DNA of 41,071 bases from Kagunavirus LF7074P1. Below are positions 25,930 through 34,805 of the stretch, piece after piece. Position numbers and translations under genes: made by a program. The notes beneath the pieces are model-generated. The model was not told the DNA's origin. It saw only the letters and a program-made list of their open reading frames with translations, and made no database searches. Location of the stretch: the sequence record OZ035758.1. One strand, given 5' to 3'. Within the stretch, counting starts at the first letter, position 1; each line of letters opens with the position of its first letter.

Positions 25930-28168
25930 ATCGCTTCATCTCCGCACCTTCAGCTACAAGAGGGAACCCCTCCGCCCATTCCGGTAATTCGCACATCAAT
26001 CGTTCCAGTTCTGCTACATTATATTCCGGTGAATCTGGTGTCTCGCAGATAATCTCATCGTGTACGTGAAGTACAATCGGGTAGCCGTTTGCTTCTACGT
26101 TCAGCAGGGCATTAGCCAGCAAATCGCGGCACAGCGCCTGAGTGCAGTTTTCCACCAGTTTGCCTGAGTACGTGTACTGGAATCCCCACTGACGAGTTAA
26201 CTGGTTCTCCCCCTGATACTTGATGCGCACGTTAGTAGAAACTTTCCCGTCTTCGTCCGTCTCTTTCGATACGCTCAATCCGACGCCAGGGTAAGACATT
26301 ACGCGGCCTGACGGCAACGTCATACGCAACCACCAACCAGCGACTTTGTTGCCGTTGTTGTCTGTCTCCACGTTACGCGAAAACTTAACGCCGCGCGGCC
26401 CCGCGGTGAACTCTTTACCGGGATTGCGGATAGCCGCCATAGCTGCGTCTTCAATATCTCGCCAGAAAGCTACTGTTTCAGGATGAGACTCGCGCCACAT
26501 ACGCTTGATAGCGTCGCAGGTACGCCACACTTTCTTGTCCAGAATATATGATGGTCGGTCATCTTTTTCACCGGGACGTGGTGGTCTCTTGGCTTCCTGA
26601 ATACGCGCCCACTCATAACCCCGCGCGGTAGCGGCCCATATATGGCCTGGGAAAGTACCGTCCATTGTTTTAGCCATATCAACAAGGTTTAAGCCGAGGT
26701 TTTTAGCAAACTGAACGAAAGCACCGACACCACCTGCATAGCCGAGGCCCAATTCACATGCTTTACCAATCTGGCGCAGGTCACTACGGCTTTCGAGAAT
26801 GTAATCAGGGTCCATGCCAAACATCTTACCTGCAGTTACGCAGTAAATATCCAATCCCGCACGGAAGGTATCTAGCGCGGTTTCTTCTCCTGCCAGCCAT
26901 GCCAACCCGCGTCCTTCGACGTTAGAGTAATCGGCGACTACAAACTTATGTCCGGCTTCCGGTATGATGCAACTACGCACCGTCGACGCCGTTAGCTTGG
27001 CTACATCAAAACGGCGATGCGCACGACCTTTAAACAACAGGTCGATTCCGTAGGACAATGGGTGTGTTACTCTCCACCAGTCCTTCTCTGACATCCAGTC
27101 ATAACGTACTTTCTTCTTTTTATTCTTCGGGTCGTCGTGATAGTACCCGCGCGCCAGGTTCTGCGGCTGGAAGCCTTTACCCGCAAACCGTAATGTACGC
27201 TTTGCCCCACCGTACTGGATGCAACCGCGGCGTCGGTCGTCCGACGAGCGACCTAACAGCAGCGGGTTATATTTCGTTGACGCGGTAGACGCGGCCCCGA
27301 GTCGCATCTCGATAATCGCGCTGGCGTCGTCCGGTAAATCGTCGTCAGCAAGCAGGTCGTTAAGCGTTGACTTCTGTGCGTTGTGAATACGGTGTGCCGG
27401 TGCGAGTTCACGCAGAATCGGAAGGAAGTCCTTTCCGGTAAGCGAGCCGCCGTATTTACGTTGGGCTTCTTCCTGTAACTGTGCTTTGTGCTTCTCCACG
27501 GCTTCAATCGCGGCTTCCGCCAGTGCCACGTCAACCTTAAACCCGCGGTCATTTATTAACTGATCCAGTTCCAGTACCCGGTCCTCGAATTCAGAGTTAC
27601 CCCAACGCGGCAGCTTATAGAAGACTTCACGCATCGCAGTGATGTCGCTCACAGCGTACTTGATGAACAGAGCCCACTCGTCAGGGTGAGTTTCTGCGGT
27701 GTAGCGGCGGATTTTGTAGTTCTTTGGCGTCGGTTTAGAGAAACGCTTAATCAGCGCCTTGCCGCGTTTATCTTTCGCGTTGTCCGCGGATACACCCAGC
27801 ACTTCGCACAACGCATCAAGTGAACCAGGCAGCGCGTGACGAAACGCCCAAATCATCGTATCAATGGTGTTGCTTACCGGAATATCAAAGCCCCAGCAGT
27901 GTTTCATGATGAGCCTGTCGAACATTGAGCCGTTATGCCACACCATCTTGATGCGACTGTTTGGCTTCACCAGACGGCGTAACGCGCGGTGCAAATCCCC
28001 CGGCATGTCGCTGCCGTCTGTGCAATCCCATACCCGCACAGGCTCGTCGTCAAAAGCATATGTACAAATAAGGACTTCGGTAGTTGGATGCTCAGCGTAA
28101 GCGTAGGAACCAACTTTCTTCAAATCGGCTTCGGAGAATGTTTCAAAGTCTAAGAACAGGTAACTCAT
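25919..28168 (-). CDS. DNA polymerase I family (family A) with N-terminal 3'-5' exonuclease domain
   Basis: 749 aa; exo motif LFLDFETFS; polymerase motifs RQIGKACELGLGYAGG and VLHVHDEIICE. Confidence 0.9.
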   Translation of the reverse strand: MSYLFLDFETFSEADLKKVGSYAYAEHPTTEVLICTYAFDDEPVRVWDCTDGSDMPGDLHRALRRLVKPNSRIKMVWHNGSMFDRLIMKHCWGFDIPVSNTIDTMIWAFRHALPGSLDALCEVLGVSADNAKDKRGKALIKRFSKPTPKNYKIRRYTAETHPDEWALFIKYAVSDITAMREVFYKLPRWGNSEFEDRVLELDQLINDRGFKVDVALAEAAIEAVEKHKAQLQEEAQRKYGGSLTGKDFLPILRELAPAHRIHNAQKSTLNDLLADDDLPDDASAIIEMRLGAASTASTKYNPLLLGRSSDDRRRGCIQYGGAKRTLRFAGKGFQPQNLARGYYHDDPKNKKKKVRYDWMSEKDWWRVTHPLSYGIDLLFKGRAHRRFDVAKLTASTVRSCIIPEAGHKFVVADYSNVEGRGLAWLAGEETALDTFRAGLDIYCVTAGKMFGMDPDYILESRSDLRQIGKACELGLGYAGGVGAFVQFAKNLGLNLVDMAKTMDGTFPGHIWAATARGYEWARIQEAKRPPRPGEKDDRPSYILDKKVWRTCDAIKRMWRESHPETVAFWRDIEDAAMAAIRNPGKEFTAGPRGVKFSRNVETDNNGNKVAGWWLRMTLPSGRVMSYPGVGLSVSKETDEDGKVSTNVRIKYQGENQLTRQWGFQYTYSGKLVENCTQALCRDLLANALLNVEANGYPIVLHVHDEIICETPDSPEYNVAELERLMCELPEWAEGFPLVAEGAEMKRYAK

Positions 28169-28183
28169 TATTTTCGACCCTTA

Positions 28184-28210
28184 GTAAAAAGGCCCAATGA
28201 AGGGCCTTAG
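28184..28210 (-). terminator. Intrinsic terminator between SSB-like gene and DNA polymerase
   Basis: Minus strand aaggccc-ttcatt-gggcc followed by TTTTT. Confidence 0.65.
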
Positions 28211-28227
28211 TTAAATTGATTCAGATA

Positions 28228-28854
28228 TTATCGGCGACGACGTTCGCGGCGCGGTGCTTCATCCTCTTCATCGTCTTCAAGGTCATCGACGCTTGCGGCT
28301 ACTTTAGAACCGCCAAACGCTTTACCTTCACCAACGTATTTAATAGCCAGCAGGTTAACGCCGAGGACTTTGTATTTCTGGCTGAACCAGATTTCAACGC
28401 TTACGTTAGCGACGCAGCCGCTGTAAACCTGTTCACCTTCAATCTGTTCGCCGTCTACGTTGAAGTCCTGCTCTACCTGAGTCTCACCTTTTTTAGAGGT
28501 TACAATCAGCGGCTGCTTCTGTGCCTTCGCTTTGAAGTAGAAGCCTTCTGGGAAGTCTTCAAACGGGTTATCACGCTCAGCAATGTCTTTAATCGCGCAT
28601 TTATCCATGTGCTTACCTTCGCCGTAGTTGGACTTCATCCATTTCTCGGCAGCAGCTGCGCCTAACGCTTCTTCAACTACAGCGTAAACAGTGTCGTAGA
28701 GTGCATCGATTTGAGCGTGGTCAGACGGCAGGATGATAGTCGCGCTGTACTGGCCTTTAGTGATTGAGCCATCATCGTTTTCACGGTCTTTTTCGCGTTC
28801 GAATACGTTAACCCATGCAGTGTTTACTTTACGCAGATTTAATTTCAGTCCCAC
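28228..28854 (-). CDS. Putative ssDNA-binding protein (DUF2815-like)
   Basis: 208 aa, GTG start after gaggg; acidic C-terminal stretch DDLEDDEEDE; sits between Cas4-like nuclease and PolA as in DUF2800/DUF2815/PolA modules. Confidence 0.5.
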   Translation of the reverse strand: MGLKLNLRKVNTAWVNVFEREKDRENDDGSITKGQYSATIILPSDHAQIDALYDTVYAVVEEALGAAAAEKWMKSNYGEGKHMDKCAIKDIAERDNPFEDFPEGFYFKAKAQKQPLIVTSKKGETQVEQDFNVDGEQIEGEQVYSGCVANVSVEIWFSQKYKVLGVNLLAIKYVGEGKAFGGSKVAASVDDLEDDEEDEAPRRERRRR

Positions 28855-28919
28855 AGTTCAGCCCTCATTAAGTTTAGATTTTCAGTTTACTCCGGGAAGC
28901 TGCCCGGCCAGTGATTAGA

Positions 28920-28948
28920 ACTATAATAGCTAACTATTCAGGTGTCAA
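28920..28948 (-). promoter_or_regulatory. Sigma70-like promoter P5 (TTGACA-17-TATAGT)
   Basis: Minus strand TTGACAcctgaatagttagctatTATAGT. Confidence 0.6.
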
Positions 28949-28952
28949 CACT

Positions 28953-30224
28953 TTATTCTAAATCGTCTTCACTTACCTGATTCCACTCAGGCCGTTTATC
29001 ATCTGCCGTTGCGACACATGGTGTGCCGTGGTTACGAGTTACGTGTTTCTCCAGCGCAGCCCATAGCTCTGAGCCCTTATGCTGCTTCTCAGCCTCGGTC
29101 GGGGACATTAGGACTTCTTTATGGAGCATTTCGACACCAAGCTCAAATCGAGACAGGGTGTCCATAAGCGCCTGCTTATCTTTCCACGCGCGATTTCCTG
29201 GGCGGCCCTCAACCAGCTTGTACCCCGGCACTTTCTTACCGGAATGCAATGCGGCGGTCATCGCTTTCTCAACCTTGTCGATGTGCTGGCGTAACAGCGG
29301 CAACTTCTCATACTCAACTACGAGTTGCTCCGTCGTCAGTTCCAGCGCAAAGTCGTCTTCCAGTTCTTCCGCCAGTACAGAATTAACCGTCTTTGTACGT
29401 GCGGCACACTGTTCAGAGAACCGGCACCACTGGCAACCATCGACCGACGGTTTAAAGTCCGACGCTTTCAGGTTCTTCTTTCCACGGAAATAAGCATCAA
29501 GCGCTAACAGTGCCCGTTTCTGTGCGAACTTAGCGAACAGTTCCAGACCTTCGACAGAGATGTCCCACTCTGACGCACCCCCTGCGTACGGCTGGAAGAT
29601 GACCAGGCGCACTACTGTGATGTTATAACGTCTCTTGAGTCGGCGATAAACACCGAGAGCGTAAAGCATAAGCTGTTTGTTTTCTTTCGCTTCGACACGA
29701 TGTCGTCCTGTTTTCAGGTCGCCAATAATGAGCATGTGCTCGTCGGTGTTCGCCAGTTCCTGAACGGCAACAATGTCGGCGGTTCCGAATGTCTCAACGC
29801 CTTCGTAGCCTGGATGCAATACCTCAGTAAGATTGACACGCATCTCGAGTTTGGCGTAAGTCGCCACGTCTATAATCGCCTTGCAGTAGTCGGTATACTT
29901 GCGCACCTGCTCAATCATGTCAGCCGTGATTAGTACAGCGCCTTTCATCGGACTAATTAGCGCCTTAATCTGGCCTTTACCCTCGTCCAGCACGTAAGCA
30001 CCGACTTCACGCTCTAACGGCAGCGCAGTGCCTTTGATGTACTGGTTAAGGTGCATCTCAGCTATGGTGTGGCACGCAGTACCTGTAACGGCGGCTTTAC
30101 CAGACGTGTTGGGAATATCTTTTTCACAGGCCAGTGACGCGGCGCAGCTTAGCCACTTTTTAGCGCCTGATGGTGACAGTAAGGCGTGCACATCATTATT
30201 GCCGCCACGTTCTTTTAGAATCAT
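28953..30224 (-). CDS. PD-(D/E)xK nuclease with C-terminal Cys cluster (DUF2800 / Cas4-like exonuclease)
   Basis: 423 aa; N-terminal LSPSGAKKWLSCAASLAC; catalytic-like IIGDLKTG; C-terminal CQWCRFSEQC cluster. Confidence 0.6.
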   Translation of the reverse strand: MILKERGGNNDVHALLSPSGAKKWLSCAASLACEKDIPNTSGKAAVTGTACHTIAEMHLNQYIKGTALPLEREVGAYVLDEGKGQIKALISPMKGAVLITADMIEQVRKYTDYCKAIIDVATYAKLEMRVNLTEVLHPGYEGVETFGTADIVAVQELANTDEHMLIIGDLKTGRHRVEAKENKQLMLYALGVYRRLKRRYNITVVRLVIFQPYAGGASEWDISVEGLELFAKFAQKRALLALDAYFRGKKNLKASDFKPSVDGCQWCRFSEQCAARTKTVNSVLAEELEDDFALELTTEQLVVEYEKLPLLRQHIDKVEKAMTAALHSGKKVPGYKLVEGRPGNRAWKDKQALMDTLSRFELGVEMLHKEVLMSPTEAEKQHKGSELWAALEKHVTRNHGTPCVATADDKRPEWNQVSEDDLE

Positions 30225-30568
30225 CCTAAACTCTCCAAATACAAGTTTAATGCCTGTAGCTGTTCTTCTGTGGGGATGAAAGAATCATCGCGGTGTAAGT
30301 CGCTTAACTGTTGCAACATTCCTGCGAACTGACGTCTTGCGTCAACAGCGACCATGTGATGCTTTTCACTTTTGTATATTAATGTTTTCGGGTAATCCTC
30401 AAGCCTGCCAGACGATTTATTCACGCGGAGCGCGCGAGCTTCGTGCGCAATGTGGATGTACTTTTTGCCGTTTTGTAGCACAGTAGCTACACCGCTGTTC
30501 TTTCTGCGGTCACCGACGGTGTAAACTTTGTCGCCGCTGCGCAAATTAAGCCACCATTTATCAGTCAT
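30221..30568 (-). CDS. Hypothetical protein
   Basis: 116 aa from ATG 30568, coupled (ATGA) to flanking genes. Confidence 0.45.
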   Translation of the reverse strand: MTDKWWLNLRSGDKVYTVGDRRKNSGVATVLQNGKKYIHIAHEARALRVNKSSGRLEDYPKTLIYKSEKHHMVAVDARRQFAGMLQQLSDLHRDDSFIPTEEQLQALNLYLESLG

Positions 30569-30837
30569 ACCCTGTTCTCCCACTGATCAATTAAATGTCG
30601 TGTCTTATGGTCGCAGTGCATAGCCCAGCTGTACATCGGCTCAAAGACATAAAAGTCAGGCTTGGCGAATGTCGTGCGCTTAATCTGCGACACGTGACGG
30701 CCTATATCTTTAGACAGCGGTACTTTGCCTAAGTACGCCATCTCTTCCATCTGGTGTGCACCGGACGGCGCACGCAATAACCATAGCGCCTCTGTGGTAT
30801 CCCGCCGGTCAACGGCGCGGTATAGTTGGTAAATCAT
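30565..30837 (-). CDS. Hypothetical protein
   Basis: 90 aa, RBS gaggg 9 nt upstream. Confidence 0.45.
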   Translation of the reverse strand: MIYQLYRAVDRRDTTEALWLLRAPSGAHQMEEMAYLGKVPLSKDIGRHVSQIKRTTFAKPDFYVFEPMYSWAMHCDHKTRHLIDQWENRV

Positions 30838-30880
30838 AATCCCGACCCTCAGTTAAAGCGGCCCGAAGGCCGCGGGATAG

Positions 30881-31390
30881 TTATTCTTCTTCGAAATACT
30901 TGTTCTTGATTGCTGTCAGGCGCTCCAGATACTCAGCCAGGTCTTCGTCTTTAATCGCTGCAATCTTCATCTTCTTACCGGTAAACTCTTCCAGCAGTTC
31001 GTCAGAATCGTCGCACGCGGCATCGCTTGGGCCTTCGTTAATCGCATCGTCGATAGCCTGAATCTGGTCGCGCAGAGACTGGTAATCGACTTCTTCTTTC
31101 TCTTCTTCCGGCTCTGGCGTTGGCTCCTCTACTTTAGCTTTACGCGGCTTGCGTTTCGGCTTCTCTTCTTCCGCAGGTTTAGTGTCAACGAGGTCCTCGC
31201 CTTCGACCGGGATTTCTTTCCCGACGCCAGTGCCTGGGTCGACTTCAAGCACCTCTCCGGTAACCGATACATCTACAAGCATTTCACCTACACACTCAGT
31301 TGACGGCATCGGTCGTTTCGCGCTGTTCGCAGCAATCAGTTCATGCGCAACTACGAAACGTTCCAGTAATACTAAGAATTTCTCTAACAT
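30881..31390 (-). CDS. Highly acidic early protein (candidate DNA mimic / anti-restriction)
   Basis: 169 aa, very Glu/Asp-rich with long acidic runs (EEEKEEVD, DDSDELLEE); first gene after strong promoter P6; RBS GAGGAG. Confidence 0.5.
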   Translation of the reverse strand: MLEKFLVLLERFVVAHELIAANSAKRPMPSTECVGEMLVDVSVTGEVLEVDPGTGVGKEIPVEGEDLVDTKPAEEEKPKRKPRKAKVEEPTPEPEEEKEEVDYQSLRDQIQAIDDAINEGPSDAACDDSDELLEEFTGKKMKIAAIKDEDLAEYLERLTAIKNKYFEEE

Positions 31391-31421
31391 TATTTATTCT
31401 CCTCTCGTTTGGTATGGGCTA

Positions 31422-31450
31422 ACTATAATAGCGAACTATTCACTTGTCAA
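31422..31450 (-). promoter_or_regulatory. Sigma70-like promoter P6 (TTGACA-17-TATAGT), leftward early promoter
   Basis: Minus strand TTGACAagtgaatagttcgctatTATAGT. Confidence 0.65.
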
Positions 31451-31474
31451 TGGGCTTTTCTAAAATAATTAATA

Positions 31475-31483
31475 TGGTACTAT
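31475..31483 (+). promoter_or_regulatory. Extended -10 promoter element (TGgTACTAT) for the XRE regulator gene
   Basis: TGn motif directly upstream of TACTAT; no convincing -35; about 30 nt upstream of ATG 31515. Confidence 0.4.
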
Positions 31484-31514
31484 TCACATATCAACTGACT
31501 AAGGAGTAATTGAC

Positions 31515-31730
31515 ATGCAACCATCTGAACTAGGCATCCGTGTAGAGCAACGCCGTAAAGAACTCGGTATCTCCCAGCGCCATCTGGCTGTCCTGGCCGG
31601 TGTTTCCCAAGGCGCGATTAACCAGCTGGCACTTGGAGTAACTCAGGACGTCCGCCCGGCGACGCTGTTTAAACTGGCGGAAGTGCTGGAAGTAGACGCC
31701 AAGTGGCTGGCGTTCGGTGAAGGGGCTTAA
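31515..31730 (+). CDS. XRE-family helix-turn-helix transcriptional regulator (Cro/CI-like)
   Basis: 71 aa; HTH ISQRHLAVLAGVSQGAINQLALG; RBS AGGAG 8 nt upstream. Confidence 0.7.
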   Translation: MQPSELGIRVEQRRKELGISQRHLAVLAGVSQGAINQLALGVTQDVRPATLFKLAEVLEVDAKWLAFGEGA

Positions 31731-31746
31731 CGCCCCTTTCTTTTTA
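31721..31746. terminator. Bidirectional intrinsic terminator
   Basis: aggggc-ttaac-gcccct hairpin followed by ttcttttt; XRE stop codon lies in the loop; convergent primase gene ends at 31748. Confidence 0.7.
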
Positions 31747-31747
31747 C

Positions 31748-33955
31748 CTATTCCAAATCCTCTTCTGTCACCACCAGCATTTCATTCGGTTCGTATATTG
31801 TCTTCGGTCTTAGTCTATCCCCTATTCTTTCAGGTATACGATACGTTCTCGGTACTACTTCGCCATTAGCATCACAGCCTAGCATTAGTTCACCATCTTT
31901 CAGCATTTTATCAAGATGGGTGTTAGTCACAGAAAAGTCACCGGAACGGGCCACTATCTGCTGCTGAGTAAAACCGCGACCTGTGTCATCTGACTGTTGC
32001 AGGTCTTCCAGTGCCGAAAGTATCGACTCCTTCCTTACTTCATCCCTGCCGCGTTTAACTTCTTCCTTTACTTTTTGTTTACCTTCGTTAGTTAACCCTT
32101 CTTCCCGCTCTTTCTCCTCGTCAGTTTTGAACGGCTCGAAGCCCCACGGCATCAGAACAAGCGCCTTGTGTGGTTCCGGCAGGTCGAGGTTTACGATTGT
32201 GCCGTATTCCTCTGTGCTGCCCAAGAACTCAACAGCACGGTACTCTTTCGGCGGTGGTGCTTCACGGAACTGTACAGACTCAAGTACCATGCCAACCGTT
32301 TTCTGTTGAGGCCCGTGCTTAAATTTCGAGTGGTATACGTTTATCTGACGGTCGGTTGCACGTTCTATTGTCAGTTCCACATCGACACCCGCATACAGCG
32401 CCCCGCTGCCACGGGCTTTCTTTCCGCCCTTCGGTGTATGGTGGACGACGCCCACCGCGGCTTTAGTTGCGTCACGTACTTCTTTAAGGATGGCGATAAC
32501 TTTACCCATGCCGATTGCCGTTGATGAACTGTTCTCGTCGAACTTATCAATCGTCATGGCCAGTGTCTGGTTAAGGGTGTCGAACGCAACCATCCCAATT
32601 GGCTCGTCACCCGCAGTTTCTCGCATTAGCTTAATCAGGCTTTTCAGTTTGCCAACTTCGCCCATATCGATGACATGTACATAATCTTTACCTTCCTCGC
32701 CGTATTTAGCCGCGAGTGCATCAATACGGGTGCGTGTGGCAGCACCGCCCTCACCGTCAATATAGAAATGGTGGCAACGCTGTGTATCAGCGCCTGCAAA
32801 CCGGTACCCGGCGGCGCTCAGGTACATCATACCCAGCGTATAGAATGATTTATATGTGCCGGATTCCCCGACGATGTCCCAGATGCAATCCGACGGCATG
32901 TACCCTTCAACGACGAAATCAGCCTTTACCGGTTCAGGTAACTCGTCATCGTCTTCAAGGTCTTCCAGTGTACAAGTTACAGGCTCCTCGTTCTCTGTGC
33001 GGTGCAGTTCTTCAATCTCTTCATCCGGTAAATCAGGCAGAGCCGCACGAATGCTGTTAATACTGATAGGTTGCTTGTCTACGTTAAGCTCGTCCGGAAG
33101 GCCGCACATACGCAGGGCCAAATGTTGTCGGCGGTTAAGCTCAGTGCAAGCACCGTTGTTTGTGTGCTGGCACACGAAGCGCACTTCTTTACCGTCGAGC
33201 ATGATGCTGGTGGAGCCTTTGCCGGTGTGCAGGTGTTCGTTAGGGCAAGGCACTTCGTACCCGCGACCGGAAGATAAAGCGTCAAGGCCAAGCTCCGCTT
33301 CGCAGAAATGCGCTATATCCGCGTTAAGCCCATGCTCATCGGCAGCAAGGGTCTTAGCTTCACGCTTACGCAACCCCATTTCTTCGGCTTTCTTGATGTA
33401 CCGCTCGGCACGGATAACACGCCCTTCTGTAACCGTTATCTTCGACTCTTTATGCGGCAGGTAGATAAGGCGGTTGCCATCTTCTGTGCAGTGGTCGCGC
33501 AATGCTTCGTCTATTTCTAACTCAGCACAAATAGCACGTTGCACCATCCACGCGTCGTTAGAGTTAAACGGCGTGCGGGCCGGTACAAGAACGCGGAAAG
33601 CGTAGTCACCGTTTTTACACGCGTGCTGGTGCGACGCCGTTGTGTGCAGAATATTGAAGAACGGCGCGTTCTTGAATTTGCGGGTGAGGTCGCGGTACTG
33701 GGTACGGTTTAGATGGTCGAAATCGAACTTAACCACACTGTCTTCCAGAATCGCGTTCTTACGGCGACCGCCAACCGGCGCAATAGCTTTCTGCTTAATC
33801 TTGGCCGCGTCGTACTCTTCCTTAGTCCATGACGGGTCTACGGACAGACGCTTCGATGTATCGCAGACATACTCTACAAACTGCTCCAGTGGCATTTCAC
33901 GGGCTACCGGGTTTTTATCGAAAGTGTTACGCAGCGTTGCAAAAACAATATTCAT
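31748..33955 (-). CDS. Primase-helicase fusion (AEP/PrimPol-type N-terminal domain, Zn-binding region, P-loop helicase C-terminal domain)
   Basis: 735 aa; N-terminal VKFDFDHL (DxD); Cys/His cluster CPNEHLHTGK...CQHTNNGAC; Walker A GESGTYKS. Confidence 0.7.
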   Translation of the reverse strand: MNIVFATLRNTFDKNPVAREMPLEQFVEYVCDTSKRLSVDPSWTKEEYDAAKIKQKAIAPVGGRRKNAILEDSVVKFDFDHLNRTQYRDLTRKFKNAPFFNILHTTASHQHACKNGDYAFRVLVPARTPFNSNDAWMVQRAICAELEIDEALRDHCTEDGNRLIYLPHKESKITVTEGRVIRAERYIKKAEEMGLRKREAKTLAADEHGLNADIAHFCEAELGLDALSSGRGYEVPCPNEHLHTGKGSTSIMLDGKEVRFVCQHTNNGACTELNRRQHLALRMCGLPDELNVDKQPISINSIRAALPDLPDEEIEELHRTENEEPVTCTLEDLEDDDELPEPVKADFVVEGYMPSDCIWDIVGESGTYKSFYTLGMMYLSAAGYRFAGADTQRCHHFYIDGEGGAATRTRIDALAAKYGEEGKDYVHVIDMGEVGKLKSLIKLMRETAGDEPIGMVAFDTLNQTLAMTIDKFDENSSSTAIGMGKVIAILKEVRDATKAAVGVVHHTPKGGKKARGSGALYAGVDVELTIERATDRQINVYHSKFKHGPQQKTVGMVLESVQFREAPPPKEYRAVEFLGSTEEYGTIVNLDLPEPHKALVLMPWGFEPFKTDEEKEREEGLTNEGKQKVKEEVKRGRDEVRKESILSALEDLQQSDDTGRGFTQQQIVARSGDFSVTNTHLDKMLKDGELMLGCDANGEVVPRTYRIPERIGDRLRPKTIYEPNEMLVVTEEDLE

Positions 33956-34080
33956 TTCTTTTTCTCCGCGCGTTCTAAGGCTTCCTGCATACGACGCATT
34001 GCGCGGTTCATCTTTACCGGTGCGAAGAAATCAGCGCCGTGTTTCTGGCGGCGCAACTGTGGAACTATTAACTTCGTCAT
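33952..34080 (-). CDS. Small basic hypothetical protein (42 aa), not in ORF track
   Basis: RBS AGGA 8 nt upstream of ATG; stop overlaps primase ATG (ATGA). Confidence 0.3.
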   Translation of the reverse strand: MTKLIVPQLRRQKHGADFFAPVKMNRAMRRMQEALERAEKKK

Positions 34081-34149
34081 TGTATAATCCTTGTGCTTAC
34101 TTTGATGATTTGTGCTTCGGCCCCGACGTTCTAGCGTTGGGGTTTCTTT

Positions 34150-34440
34150 TTACCGTTTAGCCAACTCTTCCAGCAAATTTTTATACTCTTCAAAATATTC
34201 CTCGACCAAATCATCGCCGAAATAGAAGTCGATATACTCGAGATTATCTCTTACGTTAAGCGACGCAGACATGGTGCTTAGTTGGCGTAAGCTAATTAGC
34301 TTCATTTCTGTTTCTACACAGAAAGGCCGGTAGGTATCGAGGTGGCAAGAGATGTTGAAGCATAAAGCGAACTCTCCCGCCACGGAGTGAACCATATACA
34401 CTTCGTTTTCTGCTTTATTGTGGAAAATTACACCTTTCAT
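34150..34440 (-). CDS. Hypothetical protein
   Basis: 96-aa acidic ORF coupled to upstream HTH gene (ATGA). Confidence 0.45.
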   Translation of the reverse strand: MKGVIFHNKAENEVYMVHSVAGEFALCFNISCHLDTYRPFCVETEMKLISLRQLSTMSASLNVRDNLEYIDFYFGDDLVEEYFEEYKNLLEELAKR

Positions 34441-34619
34441 TTCACATTCTCCTTAATCCATTCTTCAACTTTATTACGGTCAAATGTACCTGGTAAACGG
34501 CGACCCATAACCTTAATACAACAATCAGGGAATTTACCACTGCGCAACCAGTTATTAATTGTCTGACGTGTTACCCCAATACGCTCGGCTACTTCATTCT
34601 GGGTCATGTAATGTTGCAT
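34437..34619 (-). CDS. Small HTH DNA-binding protein (AlpA/excisionase-like fold suggested)
   Basis: 60 aa from ATG 34619 (RBS AGGAG 8 nt upstream); MTQNEVAERIGVTRQTINNWLRSGKFP. Confidence 0.5.
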   Translation of the reverse strand: MQHYMTQNEVAERIGVTRQTINNWLRSGKFPDCCIKVMGRRLPGTFDRNKVEEWIKENVK

Positions 34620-34650
34620 TTTTATATCTCCTGTTTGTTTGGTGAAGCTG

Positions 34651-34679
34651 AGTATAGGATAGCGGGAATGTAAAAGCAA
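34651..34679 (-). promoter_or_regulatory. Candidate sigma70 promoter (TTGCTT-17-TATACT) for the HTH/primase operon
   Basis: Read on the minus strand upstream of the 34619 start. Confidence 0.4.
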
Positions 34680-34716
34680 CCAATCCCTGCAATATTTAAT
34701 CTTTACAAAAAAGTTA

Positions 34717-34746
34717 TTGAAAGTTCTTGACACATGTTTGTATAAT
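34717..34746 (+). promoter_or_regulatory. Candidate rightward sigma70 promoter (TTGAAA-18-TATAAT)
   Basis: Consensus -10 TATAAT at 34741-34746; reads into a non-coding region containing a long hairpin. Confidence 0.4.
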
Positions 34747-34773
34747 GGTTTTGGGACTTGTATATATTACGGA

Positions 34774-34805
34774 GTTGACGAACCCTCCCTGAGGGATTCG
34801 TCAAC
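34774..34805 (+). other. Long perfect inverted repeat / stem-loop (GTTGACGAACCCTC-CCT-GAGGGATTCGTCAAC)
   Basis: ~14-bp perfect stem read directly from sequence; about 30 nt downstream of the candidate promoter at 34717. Confidence 0.7.

Noticed and set aside
28216-28665. 149-aa plus-strand ORF antisense to the SSB-like gene
   Set aside because: The minus-strand gene has promoter P5, an RBS and a terminator; the plus ORF has none.
34084-34150. Plus-strand hairpin (ccccgacg-ttctag-cgttgggg) with following T tract, between minus-strand genes
   Set aside because: Oriented as a plus-strand terminator where no plus-strand gene ends; might terminate antisense transcription but evidence is insufficient to call.
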